In this document: positions 12,884 to 25,939 of the stretch, one piece after another | Numbering within the stretch: the first letter of the stretch is position 1 | Layout of the letters: every line of letters begins with the position of its first letter | Source: Dimorphilus gyrociliatus | Lineage: Eukaryota; Animalia; Annelida | Reading direction: 5' to 3' | DNA: 64,000 bases | NCBI GenBank assembly: GCA_904063045.1 | Contig: CAJFCJ010000019.1 | Span: forward strand, 1,565,700-1,629,699 | Translations under genes and position numbers: made by a program | The notes under the pieces: model-generated | What the model was told of the DNA's origin: nothing | Databases searched by the model: none | The model's input: only the letters and a program-made list of their open reading frames with translations

Positions 12884-13775
12884 TTTGAATCTGTAATGCG
12901 AAAAGTCATGAGCTGGACATTTGAAGGTCACAAAAGGACGTATAGACGTTTGTTTGGCTTTTGTTTTAAATTATTTGAATATTTCTCATTACAGAAAAAT
13001 TCAAATAAAGTAAGGAAAGTAAAAAATATTTTTTCCTACAAACCTTATTAAGTGTGTAATTAACTTTAATGAGTAATAGGAAGTTAAATGTCCGGCACCT
13101 AAGCAGTTACTCGTTCGTTCACTCCTTAGCAAGTAAAGTGATGTCTGGTCGGGAATTCCTTATTTTTTATATACATAAGTCATATCGGTCGTGTACGTGA
13201 TATTGTGCACGCAGAACAATAAGATAAAATAAATATTACGTACTAGAGCCTAAAATAAAACCTTAGTTCGTTCTGTTCTAAAATACCAGCCAAATATGTT
13301 AATCTACTATACCCAATAGGCAAATTTTTATCGAGAATACAAGGTGCTGATTGGATGTGAAGTAGAGTAATAAATCTTCCTGTCGTGATGAATGAATTTT
13401 CTCTCTCTCGTACGTTTGAAGGTGAGCTGTCAAGGGCATACGAGACGTTAGTATTAGCAGTCTTGAGTATAGAATGAATAACACATAAACAGATGAGAAG
13501 CTGTTTTAGAAATCTACAAGATAATAGTTTTAAATGGACAAAGGGCCGTTTTTATTTTCCCTGTTACAAAAAAGTAACGTTTTCCAAGGGTGAATCAATT
13601 GTCTGGCTTTCACAAAAAAAGGTTTAAAGAAACAATTACATATAAGAGATAAATTACTTTAAAGAAGTGATATAAGCCAAATTTACTTCTATTCGATTAT
13701 TTTTTGTCTACCTCTAACAAAAAATAAAAGAATATCTTTTAACTTTTCCTGACGTTAAGTATCCAAGTCACATTG

Positions 13776-13784
13776 TCAAGGTCA
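13776..13784. promoter_or_regulatory. ERR-type nuclear receptor element TCAAGGTCA
   Basis: Perfect consensus 0.9 kb upstream of the NMES1-like ATG; near-matches at 12922-12930 and 13430-13438. Confidence 0.35.
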
Positions 13785-14047
13785 AATTTTTGTATAGTCT
13801 TCCATTCTGATTGTTGTAATTAATTTCAATGAATAATTATCAAACGATATTGTGCTTTTATCCTTAAAAGTGAATATATAAATCAGAATTATATTTCAAT
13901 TTCAAATAGGGGATTTCTCTTTCCCCACAATTCCCTATTACATGTTAATGTCGGTCTCTATTAGTCACCAATAATTGAAGGTTTAAAATGGTATAATTCT
14001 CTCTTTGATTATTGTTGGGCAATTATCAAGATAGATAAGATAGATAA

Positions 14048-14080
<33 letters not shown>
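14048..14080. repeat. (AG)n(ACAG)n compound microsatellite
   Basis: agagagagagagagagagacagacagacagaca. Confidence 0.9.
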
Positions 14081-15366
14081 AAATTCTTAATAATTACTTG
14101 CAGTTATGAATATTAAACTTAGAATAGAGCGTAGGTGGTGTTTAATGATTGAACAGTCTGACTATTGAACAGATGGTTACTATTATTGAACAATTGATGA
14201 TATTGTCTACAAATCCTAACATAGAAAAGAAAGAGTTAAGAAAAATGATAGAAAAGTCATTGTAACGGAGAGTAAAATACCTTTGTTATACTATTTATCT
14301 ATATGAACACCTTAAATACACCTTATATACGATATGTTCTAAGAGATTGATACATTTTTGTACCCAGAGTTTATTTTAAGCAATCGATTAGCTACATAAA
14401 CGTGTAAGTTACACTGTATAAGCATCCCATTATAGAATAATCGTTTTTTTTCCTTTCCATATATAACCATAACAGAAATAAATAGAAATAATTTGTATAT
14501 ATATATAAATACGTCAATGACACAAAGGTTAAAGGCATAATAAAATCGAGGTCAATAACTTTTCACCTTCCCTTGTTGTTCGGTTATCAAATATCGTAGC
14601 ATTTTCAACAACAGGCCTATAAGGTTTTTTTTATTATTTTAGGTTACGCAATTTACATCCTTAATCAATTATTTTGAGAAACTCCTTTTTAACTGCTAAA
14701 AAGAATAAAAGATAAGATTTGGAGCATTATTCCAAAAAGTTAACGTTATTTTCTTTTCTTAGAGGAATTATGATAAATCCAATGTCAAAATAACAATGCT
14801 TCTTTTTGAAGAATAGTGTTATTAGTACCCTATTATATATATTTATATCTTTATGTCCTTTGTAGTTTTTGTTGATAAGAAATACTTCTGTTATTATATC
14901 ACTAAGGCTTTATCAAAACAAGATAAAAAGTAGTTGAACTACTTTGTGAGATAAGAAAAAAATTACACATTTTCTGGAATTCAATTCTCAATAATATTTA
15001 TTGATTATACAAATATTTGTACTCTTTGTAACTAAAAATTCCGTTAAACAAAGGAATGCTTTATCAGCAAAAGATATCACCTAGGCTGAAAATATCGAAC
15101 AATTTCTATCGAAATATGTTTTACACCGTCACAGTGTCCATAAAACTTACTCGTTGTTTTCAACGCATGGCTAACATCTTCTAAGATTAACAAAATTGTT
15201 ACTTATAAATTATTCTCGGTGCCACCACTGTATAATCGATCGAGTGTAGGTAGCAAAATTTACATGAATTAAGTTTGACCTTATAAATTAAATTCTGATT
15301 TAAAATAGGTTATAAGCGAAATAAGCCAAACTTGTTTGAGTGATAATAGAGTAAAATCTGTTTACC

Positions 15367-18300
15367 ATGAGCTATAACCACAACAAAATATTTGAAAATT
15401 TTCTTCAACCAAGAGACGTTGAAAATATCCTTGAAACAATTGTAAAGAACATCGAATCAAATAGCGATTTAGAAAATTTACTCGAAAATTTACAAGCATG
15501 TGTCTCTGTTTTGGATTGTTCAAAAAAGAATTGGCCAATATCTGATATTTATAGTAAAATTTTAAAAGTATCACTTGAAGTTCTGAAACAAACCGAAAAT
15601 GCCGAAGTTATAAAAAGTTCTACAAAAATTGTTGGTTTAATATTTTCAAAGTTGACTGACAATCAGAAAAATGAAGTTATTAATAGTTTGAAGGAGTCTA
15701 TTAAACGCTATACAGAAGAAAATGAGAAAGGCTATGATGTTCACGAACAAGTTCCGTGCAAAAGTAATAAATGGTCTATAATAAAAGTTTTTCATTTATT
15801 AGGAGAAATTCTTCGCGAGAAACATACTCTATTAGAAGAAGATAAGGATAGCTTGTTTAAGCTTTTATTTCAAATCGTTCTACTAGGTGAAGAAAAGCCT
15901 GGGAGTAAAGTTCTTTTTGAATTTTTACCAAGTTTAGGTTATGACTATTCTAAACTAGTTTTCATTTGGGAAAATTGCGTTCAATTCTGTAAAGAAGATC
16001 TAGAAAATAAGGTTTCCAATATAAAAAGTACGCCAATCGATAGAATCTTGTCAGTGTTATGCTCAATTGCTGACTTTCTATTACCAATTGACGATAGAAA
16101 GCCATCTTTAAATCTTCAAAACGATCCTAACTTTTGGAAAATTATCTTAAAAGGATTAAATCATGAAAGAAATATATCCAGAAAGAAAAGTCTTTATTTA
16201 TTAAAAAGAATAACTGATTCTCTAAATCAGTATGATATCGCCTGCAATTGTTTTGACGAAGCAACAGGCACAATATTTTGGTGGAGTAAAGACAAGATAT
16301 TCGAAGAAATATGGTACGAGTTTATTTTATTACTCGAAACTTTAGAAGAAACTCAAGTGAGTAAGTCTCTTTAAATGATAACATTTATAATCTATTATAA
16401 TTTATATAGGTACACGTAATAAAGCCTGTTATGCCTAGATTAGAAAAAATTAAGGAAGCCACAACACATATAATTTCAGGTAGTAAACTTTTTCCATTAA
16501 AGTTTAAATCTTTGTTGAGAATGCTAATCCTTTCATTTCGTAAAAAAAACTTGTAGATAAACATCTTATTCATACAAGTTGGTTAATTTGTATTTTCCAT
16601 CGGATATTCTGTCACGATAGTTCGTTTATACGTTTATGGGGTTTACAAGAACTTTTAAAATTGGATAAGGAAATAGTGCCAATAAAAGAGCAAAATCAGT
16701 TATACGTAGGCTATTCCCATATTATATAAAATTGTATTTAATGAGCTTATTTTTTTAGATGTTTGGTAAACCGTTAATAAATATCTTACTGGATCAATCG
16801 ATGTTAAGAAAGTAAGAAGCCAATCACAAATTGTATTACATCACTAGTATTTAATATAATTGATAATATCTTGTAGACCAATTGATATTCCTCTTGGTAG
16901 AATACCACCTGTTGTTGAAAGACTAAAAGAATTTTTTCTAAGATTAAAAATGCTATTAAACACAGCAACATTTAGTAACTATATTATTAATAAATCGGTG
17001 TTTTCATCTATTGACAAACATTCTTTTAACTATTCAGATCTATTAATAAGAAAATTCTTATTGTATATGACTGATGAAAATTGGGGTGGTGTATCATTAA
17101 TATGTGTATTTTGGTCGCTTTCATCATTAAAAGATTGCTACTTTTGTAACGATGAAGTTTTAATATCTTTAAGGTATCGTATTATATACAATATGTTATT
17201 GTCTATTAAATTGCATTGTTCATTAGAATAATTTTTATTACAGAAAAATTCTATTTTCATCATTTCAAACATTTGATCTAAGCGTCCGAGCGCCACTGCA
17301 ACAATTAGCTGCGAAATTATTATTGAATAATATTAACTTTGTAAGTAGTAGATAATTGATTACTTACTGAATTATTTAAAATTCACCTTGAACAGGACCA
17401 AATAAAACTTAGTAGTGTCAATACATTACTATTGGCCTTCAACTTGAACGGTGGTTTAAAAAATACGTCAGCTGTTTGGAGTGAATTTGTCAAATTCTTT
17501 CAACGTTTGGATAAATATGGAAAAGAAGATACAATTAATTTACAATATTTTATTCAATATGTTGACAATTTCCTTTCAAATTTACTCTCGGATTCAGGTA
17601 AATAACTAACTAGTATTAAATATAAAAATTACGTTTAGAAGAATATTAATTTCAATATTATTAAAATAGATGTGACAGATAATGAAATTGAACTAAATGC
17701 CAAATTATTAGTTGCTTTGTTAAATGCTAAAGAGGATATTACTTTTAAATATTATCCCGTAAGATTGATGAGTTTATTGGAGAAAAGTAGTAGTCATGTC
17801 TATCTACCCACAAAAATAACTGATAATACTATACAATTTATCATTGAGATACTACAAACTTTTAATTTTAAAGGAGAAGAGTCGTCTTGGTCAATTGGTA
17901 AATTAGTTTAATTGTAAGTTTAAGAATAACAATTTACTATCTTTATTCAGATGGAAGGTTAAAGAGTTTCATAATAGTACAGTTTATTAAATGTATACCG
18001 GATATTACTGGTTATATATCAAGACGTATGTTTGATGAAAATAGTGTAAGTATTCAGATATAATTTATGTGCTTTTCTTTATTGCAACTTAAAAGTTTAC
18101 TTACGTCTTAGGTTGATGAAAAATTTATAGAATTATGCTATCGACTGATGAAATTTTTAAGACGAATTGTGGTTTTACAATCATCTAAGAATACTAGTTT
18201 TGATTTGGGTATTGCTATAAAGTCTATTGAGAATTTTCAAAGATCTATCCTAAGATGTCTTAAAGAAAATTCAAAGAAGCTAATGCAAAGGCATTTTTGT

Positions 18301-21051
18301 ATAACAATTCTCTCTTCGTTATTTGATCCGTCTCTAAATGCTAAAGAGATTATATCTCTTTTAAAATCGGTTATTGATTTTAATACTGATTTTGTTAAAT
18401 CTCAATCAACTTCAGGAAAAATAATTGAATACTATATCGAAAATGAATTAAGAATATGTAGGAAAATATTACCATATCAAGAAAATGCAAACATTGAATC
18501 TATAATTAATTTTGCTTGTGATTATCTCGATATGGTTAAGGGTGAGGGAACAATTCAAGCATATAAGCTTATTAATATTTGCTTGGTAAGTGAAATTTTT
18601 CAGTGTTTTAATTGAAAATTGAGAGCTATATACATTTTTTTCTAATCACTCAGAAAGCAAGTGTAAATGATAATGATCAAATAATACTAAATTGTTGGCA
18701 TAAGCTACAAGAATGTGTTAAATTATCCAATTATTGGAAAATTTATAATAATTTTATTCGCTGTGTGGTCAATAGTAAAAATGGACTAAATATCGTAAGT
18801 GAACCCTTAATACAAATAATTCATTTCTACCTCCTCAATATTTTTAGATGATGTCTGAAATTTTACTTCTCAGTGAAGACAGAGCTGGTTATATTTGCCT
18901 ACCTGTACAAGAAATTTGTAATAAATGCATAAATAATTTTTCTAGTATACTAGATTATAAAGAATTTATAATAGAAGCTTCAATATATGGCTTTATGCAA
19001 CAAAAAGGTGTTAGGTTCGTATAAAAATGTTTTTTTGTATAGTAATTTCATGGATTTATGAAATTATTTTCCACAGATTTAAACAAGAGGTACTTGCATT
19101 TTTAAACACTTGTGATGATATAGAGACCTGTAATAAGAGGTGAGAGATGAACGATAACTGTACGTAAAAATTGTTCTACAAGTAAACTTATAATATCTGT
19201 TTTAGGGATTATTCTGATGTTTCTGCCAGAGTTAGCTTAGTAACACTTATTAATTCTCAACCTATGTCAAATCAAGATATAGTTATGGAACTTCTTTTGT
19301 GCTTAATGGAGAAGCAAAGACAGCTTCTTGAGCAAACACAGCATAAGCATTTTCCCAATTGTCTACTTCATAGACAAAAACAAAGGGCTACTTCCTTAAT
19401 GCTTGTAATGATACCGTTTGTCAGTGAGCAAATGGCTAAGAATTACTTGCTTCCTTTCTTTGAGGAAGTTCTAACTAAAGAAAATCAAGCGTCAGTAAGG
19501 ATATTAACAGAATTAGCTTTTTCCAAAATTCTACAGCAATTTCCCTCTTTAATACCGGTATTATGAAATGTAATATATTTCCATGCATTACTAAAAAAAA
19601 TATCTTCAGGATGTTATTGAGGATATGAAAGATGGATTTGATAACAAGAAAGTCTATCATCTTTGTTCCCTTTTAGGAGTTATGGTACACGTCTGTAGGA
19701 ACAGTAAAGATGTAACTTTACAAGTAAATAACATTTTTATACTTATTATTATCCTTAAAAAAATGTAACATTTTCAGAATTCAATAAGTACAAATATGCT
19801 TGATATGGTGCTACCTTGGTGTATGTCCAACCATTTCAACCTTAGATCATTCTGTCTCGCATCTCTACATACAATTTCTGAATTTTGTTGTAAAAATAAT
19901 TTTAAAGTTCCTAGTGCCGTTAAAACTATTATCAACTTTTCCGGAAGTAGTCAGTATGCCAATAGAGCCACTGAAAAACTACTAGCAAATTTTTATTTTT
20001 CAATTAATACTGAAGTTGATTACAATTTAGAGGTAATTTTTTAATTATTAATTAAAAATATGATCAAAATAATAATATTGGTATTAGGCCATTTACTACA
20101 CACTGCCAAAATTAAGTCAAGTAGCCGATGATGAATGGGTAACTGGAGGAGTTTTTGAGAAGATGAAAAACAATTCACAATGGACGAATTTTCGGGATAA
20201 CATTCCTATTTATTCAACAGACGACACACTGAAGAAGTGTAAGCCGGGGTCTTGGAAAGTGGCATTCGACCAATTCGGTATATTATTGGCTAAAATATAA
20301 ATATTTATCTGCTTGTACGCAAAAATCTTTTAACAGAGTCAGCAGAGGAAATTAAGGAGGGAAATGTTCAAAAGAAAATAATACCTTGGCGCCTAATGAC
20401 ACCTCAGGATAATGACGAAGAAGATGTGAGAAAAATACCTATTCACGATAGCAGAGGGCTTATACTGGTGACATCCTTAATAAATAAATTACCAAATTTA
20501 GGCGGTCTATGTAGAACTAGTGAAATATTCTCCGTAAAAGAAATGGTAGTTAATAGTTTAAGAGTTATGAATGAGAAAGCTTTTGAAAGTCTTAGTGTAA
20601 GCTCTCACAAGTGGTTACGTAAAGTTAGAGAGGTAAGTAAATTAATTACTATTAAACAACCATAGAAAAATTAATAAAAATATTTTATACAATAGGTGCC
20701 GGAATTTCAATTGAAAGATTATCTCATCTATATGAAAAGTAAAGATTATTCCATAATTGGAGCCGAACAGACAGCAAACAGCGTTCCTCTTTCAAATTTT
20801 CGCTTTCAGGAAAAAACTATCCTGGTTTTAGGGTAAAATAATTAAAATAAGAAACTTTTTCTCTTATTCGTATAATATATAAATTATATTTTAACTTTAG
20901 AAGCGAAAAAGAAGGTATTCCGGTAGAAATTATCCAATTATTAGACGAATGCGTTGAAGTCCCTCAACTTGGAGTAATTAGATCCTTAAATGTTCATGTA
21001 ACCGGATCGTTATTCCTTTACGAATATGCGAAACAATGGCTAATTAAATAA
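15367..21051 (+). CDS. TARBP1: tRNA (guanosine-18-2'-O)-methyltransferase TARBP1/TRM3, multi-exon
   Basis: Long helical N-terminus ([46 protein letters not shown]). C-terminal SpoU domain [70 protein letters not shown]. Stop TAA at 21049-21051. Confidence 0.95.
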
Positions 21052-21520
21052 TATTAGGAAAAAATATAGGTTATTGACAAATTTTATTTGCTATTTGTTG
21101 TTACTGTTTAAAATGAATGAACTCTATATAAAATGATAAAGAATTATAAAAGTCTATATACTAGTTATATGCAGTTTGGGTTATTAAAAAGTTAAGCATA
21201 TAAAAACAAGTATTAAGTAATTAAACAAGTACAATACTACTTATGTTTTATCTTTCGTTCTTATGTAAAACATCCTTATAAGTAATGAAATTAATACTGT
21301 TTTAATTGACTGATTACTATATACAGTAGTTCAGATTATTAAATAAAGTTGAATTTCGACTTTGGATTGCATTATAATTTTGCATTTAATTACGTTGCAT
21401 AACATGAAATAAAGAGATTACAAGTATTAAATAACAATTTTATAGAAAATTTATTGTTATATTTAAAGAAATAAAGTAAATTAAAATTAAAGAGACTGAA
21501 TAGATACTTTTCAGTTTCTT

Positions 21521-21549
21521 CAAACATGGCTGACAAAGAGCCAATCACG
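21521..21549 (+). promoter_or_regulatory. Probable promoter of the SMG1-like gene (YY1-like AACATGGC and NF-Y box AGCCAATCA)
   Basis: caaacatggc..gagccaatcac, lying between the TARBP1 3' end and the gene starting at 22621. Confidence 0.4.
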
Positions 21550-22620
21550 GTGCGATTTATCAGTTACTGCACGACTACCAATAGGAACTACCTATGCAAC
21601 AAATTACAAAATCACGCTTAAAATATTAAACTTTACATATTAAAACATTGTTTTTATTCTACAATGAGAGCATAGTATTTGGAAGACTTAAAATCACTCA
21701 ATAGATTAATTTATCTATTTCAACGTCTTGGTTTGGTATAAAATAAAAACAGGTTGGAATGATGAACAACTTTTCAGATAGTTTTCATGCTTCTTTTCAT
21801 TAATCTTTATAAATTTGTTACTCTGTTACTAATTTAAAAACGTTCTCTATATTTTTTAATAGATTTTATAACTTTTCCACTAATAATATGTATTTAAAAG
21901 AGCAATTAAGAATATGCAAATAAAGTATTCCATAAAAAGAATATATAGAAATAGTTAAGGGGGGAGGGGGAAAGAAAGAGTATTGTAAGATCATATACTA
22001 ATTTCACAATAATAAAATAGTATTTTATAAAAATTTGACAAAATAACTCATTAGAGACATGAAATATTTAAATAGTCTATTTTTTATCTTTAAATCGACT
22101 AATAACAATAAAATCGAGGATAAATTGCAATTCACTTTATTATCTTTCTTGTTTGCTTTTGGTTACCAAATTTCAGGTGAACATTATAAAAGTTTTATAG
22201 GTATAGATTACCGTTTGATAACACTTTTTTTAGATATAAAGAATCGATACAATAAGCGTGTATAATACGATATTTTTTTAACACGATCGTATTGTCTCAA
22301 TGACTAATCTATTGCGTAAAAAAAAGAGAGAAACTGTTTTTTTATTAACTATTCTACAATATACTGTTTATATTGAAAAGCTATTATAGTACATATTAAG
22401 CTAACTAAAATTTTTTACGAATTTTATAATGATTTACAGTGTTTTTTAATTTTTAATTGATTATATAAATTATTAATATTAATTATATTTTCATTTTTAT
22501 TCAGATATTTAAAAAAAGAAAGAAAGAATTTCTTTTTCTTATCTACCTTTAGGAAGTAATCGTTATATCTTGCATTATCAATATTTACATTCTCGTTAAA
22601 GTTATTGATAGAATTCGATT

Positions 22621-25600
22621 ATGACGGAACAAGATGATTCAAGAAGTAAGACAGAAAATATATATCTGTATAATGAATATAGAAGTTTTAAAATTTATAA
22701 TCCACAGCTCCAACAATATTTAGAAATCCTAGTTCAACTCTATCAACATCTATGAGAACTATGTGTATGACTCAAGATCCTGATTTAAGAGCTGAGAGTG
22801 TTAAAGATTTATTAGCTCTGTTAAAAAAAGGCGAAGATGAGGTTTGCATTTATTTTACTTATTTATAAGAACGATTGGTTATTTTAAAGAAAATAGTGGA
22901 AATTAATGAACTAAGATCGAATGTTGTGCTCTATTCTAAGTTTTAAATAGAATCTTACTAAAATTAAAGTGTTTTGTTGTACTGACATATAAATAATATA
23001 AGATAGATGGCGTTTCGAGTGTTATCATCTTAAGTGTACAAGATCTATATACTTTGTCTACTTTTACGATTATTAATTGAATTTATTGTCATAATCAACA
23101 AAGAGTAAACTTAAAATTAATATTTTTTTTTTGTTTTTATATACAGCAATTAAGCAAATATTCTAGTACCTTAGTCGGTTTGCTGTTCGAATTAAACCAT
23201 AAAGAGTAAGTATTATTATTATTTACTTATCTGATTGTATACTATAATTCCAAGTTTAAAGTATAAAGTATTAACCTTTAAATTACTTTATAATCTGATG
23301 TCTTTTCCATCTTCTCCTACCTGCTAAAAAGAGGTTTTCAAGGTCTTGAAAAAGAATTAGCGCAATGTTCTGGTCTTGTTGGATATTATCTGAGAGAGAA
23401 AGTATTCTTGTAAGTATTTTCCGAGTGTGTACTTGCTTTAATATTATTCGGTTTAAAAGAAAGAGCCTAGAAATATCTATGTTTCCTATCAATTCTACCC
23501 CAAAATCTTTTACGTATGTTTTGGTAACAGTATACCAAAAGCATTAGATTAGAAGTGAAACAGATGAAGAAGTTGATAATTCTAAACCAATAAGATACGA
23601 AGAGGAAAATAAATACAAAATTCTTGACTTCTTAACGCTTACAAACTTTACAAAAACTCTAGAGAAGGTTTGGAAGCGAATCTTTATATCAGTAAACTTA
23701 TTCTAACCGTAGAATTATAAATAATAAACTTAGTAAATACTACAAAAGGAGAAAAAAAAATCTAATCAAGTAAATATGAATAAATAATAGCAATTAGCTA
23801 TTAATATTTGCTACTTTTTACTTCAATAAAAGACTAATAAATTCTATTGAATAGTAACTTTACTAATAGAATTTAAGAACATATTTATAGTTTTAAAAAA
23901 TATTTCAAGCTTTTTCATTTATAGATGAGAAATTTTATTTAATCAGTATATTGGACATAAATCCCTTTATCTTTGTACATTTATATAAATTTATATATAT
24001 ATATATATATAAAATTAAAGTATTAATTTAGTGCAATTATAATATTTTTGAACAGCTGACTTTTTATCTTTTTTTTTCTTTAAGTATGGCGATTATTTTC
24101 GAAAACTAAAATATTTGAACTATTCAATTTTGTAAAATAATCTTAAATACGAATACTGAAATATTATTGATTTTTATAGAGCTATTTTTTAATATTTTTC
24201 TCCTTTTTATTTTAAAGGTATATAAACCTTTGGAAAAGTAAAGTAAGAGCAAGTCAAATGGCGAGAGATTTAATACATTTAGTTGATGCTATCAAAGAGG
24301 TTAAGTATAATTTGCATTTCCCTTTTTTTTTCGTTTATATTATTGTGAATTATTAACAATGATAAATTTGACAAATAGCTTTTAAGAGCTGATGTTGATA
24401 CACGGTATCTGGAGATTGAGAATTCTCAGCAGGTTTATATCATTTTAGTCATATTTCACTTTAACAATAAATATTTCAAAATTTTAAAGAATAATGTAGA
24501 CGATATCTGTAAAACAATATCAACTATGGTGACTACAACTACAGATGAAATTGTCTTTTGCAAGTGTGCCAAAGTTTTTTCAATATTCACAAAAGTCTAT
24601 CCAGACACAATGGAAAAATATTTTAAGGTAATATTTGTTACATATTCATTTATTTACTTACTGATACATGTACATTCTTGAAATTTAGGAAGTAGCGGAA
24701 GCAGCTATTAATTGGTCAAGAAATATAGAATCAAAATCGTTTATAGTAGAGAAAGCTAACGAGCTTATTAGCTGTTTTACTCCATTTTGGAGTAAGGATT
24801 TAGAGTTCAGTTTTGCAACAATCAAAAAGTTAATACATGAATTGAATGAATTAGAGCAGGTAGATATTTCCTTTTAAAATTGACATTCCTATAAGGACTA
24901 TATTTTTACTGTGTATATACTGTATAAATTTATATACATTATATATTTATATGTGTTGTTATCTCAGAAATATTATACCAGTCAAAAATCGGATAATACC
25001 ATTAAACAGTGCGAAATAAAAGATGAGATGATATGCGCCTTCTGGTAAGCAAAAGAAAATATATTACTTAATTAGATTAGAGTAATATTTTCCTTTTCTC
25101 TTAATTTAGTATTTATGGAATACTTTTGGATTGCATAGGTCGATTGATTCCTGATAGTGAATTAAGTGAATTTCTTATTGCCGTAAGTAATATACAGATA
25201 GATTGATGCATCCTATTTTTAAAATACTTGTAATTTAATTTTAAAGATAAACCATGTAGTTTAATTACAAACATAAACTTTTTTCTTTTTGGGCTTAATT
25301 AATTTATAGGCGTAAGATCAATAGAATAGTTTTCTATTCTCTTACTATGCAAATCCTACCTAGACAGTATTTTTAATTAACGGAATACTATCACAATATA
25401 AATTTTTTCTGAAATATTTTATATATCTCTACATATACAGTATATATAAATTTATATATATGCTAGTATGTACATATATAAAAATTTTTTGAAATTATGA
25501 AATTCTATTAGCTTGTCAAATATGTTTTTAGATTATCTTTATTTAGTTAGTACTATAGTCACACTTTTCCTAACAATAGGATAGTGTTTTGGAAGCAATA

Positions 25601-25939
25601 ATGAATGGTTCAACAACGGAAGAGGGCCTATTTAAAATAGGTAAATAATTATTTGTATTATTATAAATTTCATTGTTTTTTTTTATTAAATTTTCATAAT
25701 TAATTTGAAAAAAGAGACTTAATAATTATTTCCCAACAGACGTAGGAATTGAGAATGAAGGAGAAAAGCATGCTCAGGGAAATGATAATGTTACTCTATC
25801 AGAGCAAACAAGTTGCTCAGCCGAAACACAGAATGAAAAAAGAGTATCAATCGAAATCGAAGCTACAGTAGAGGAAATAGTGGAAATGCCCTTTATTAAA
25901 TTAGTAACAATGGAAAGTGACCCTGTATCAGAAGTCTAA
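22621..25939 (+). CDS. SMG1 N-terminal HEAT-like protein lacking a kinase domain (~380 aa, ~12 short exons)
   Basis: Phase-consistent GT-AG exon chain from ATG 22621 (upstream in-frame TAG) to TAA 25937-25939. It includes MTQDPDLRAESVKDL, LEKELAQCSGLV, VFCKCAKVFSIFTKVYPDTMEKYFKEV..W..FTPFWSKDLEFS and ILLDCIG. These recall SMG1 RRLATVKQL, LRQEGACCLGLL, LCKCVK..YPHIF..W..LEPFWVADLAFS and VVRSIG. Homology judged from memory. Confidence 0.75.

Noticed and set aside
14148-14200. Three ATTGAACA copies spaced about 18-21 nt apart (CRISPR- or MITE-like?)
   Set aside because: The unit is too short, there are only three copies, and there are no terminal inverted repeats or target-site duplication.
21526-21549. 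Possible first coding exon MADKEPIT|gt
   Set aside because: Splicing to the 22553 acceptor hits a stop at the 22621 ATGA. The sequence is better explained as YY1 and NF-Y promoter motifs.
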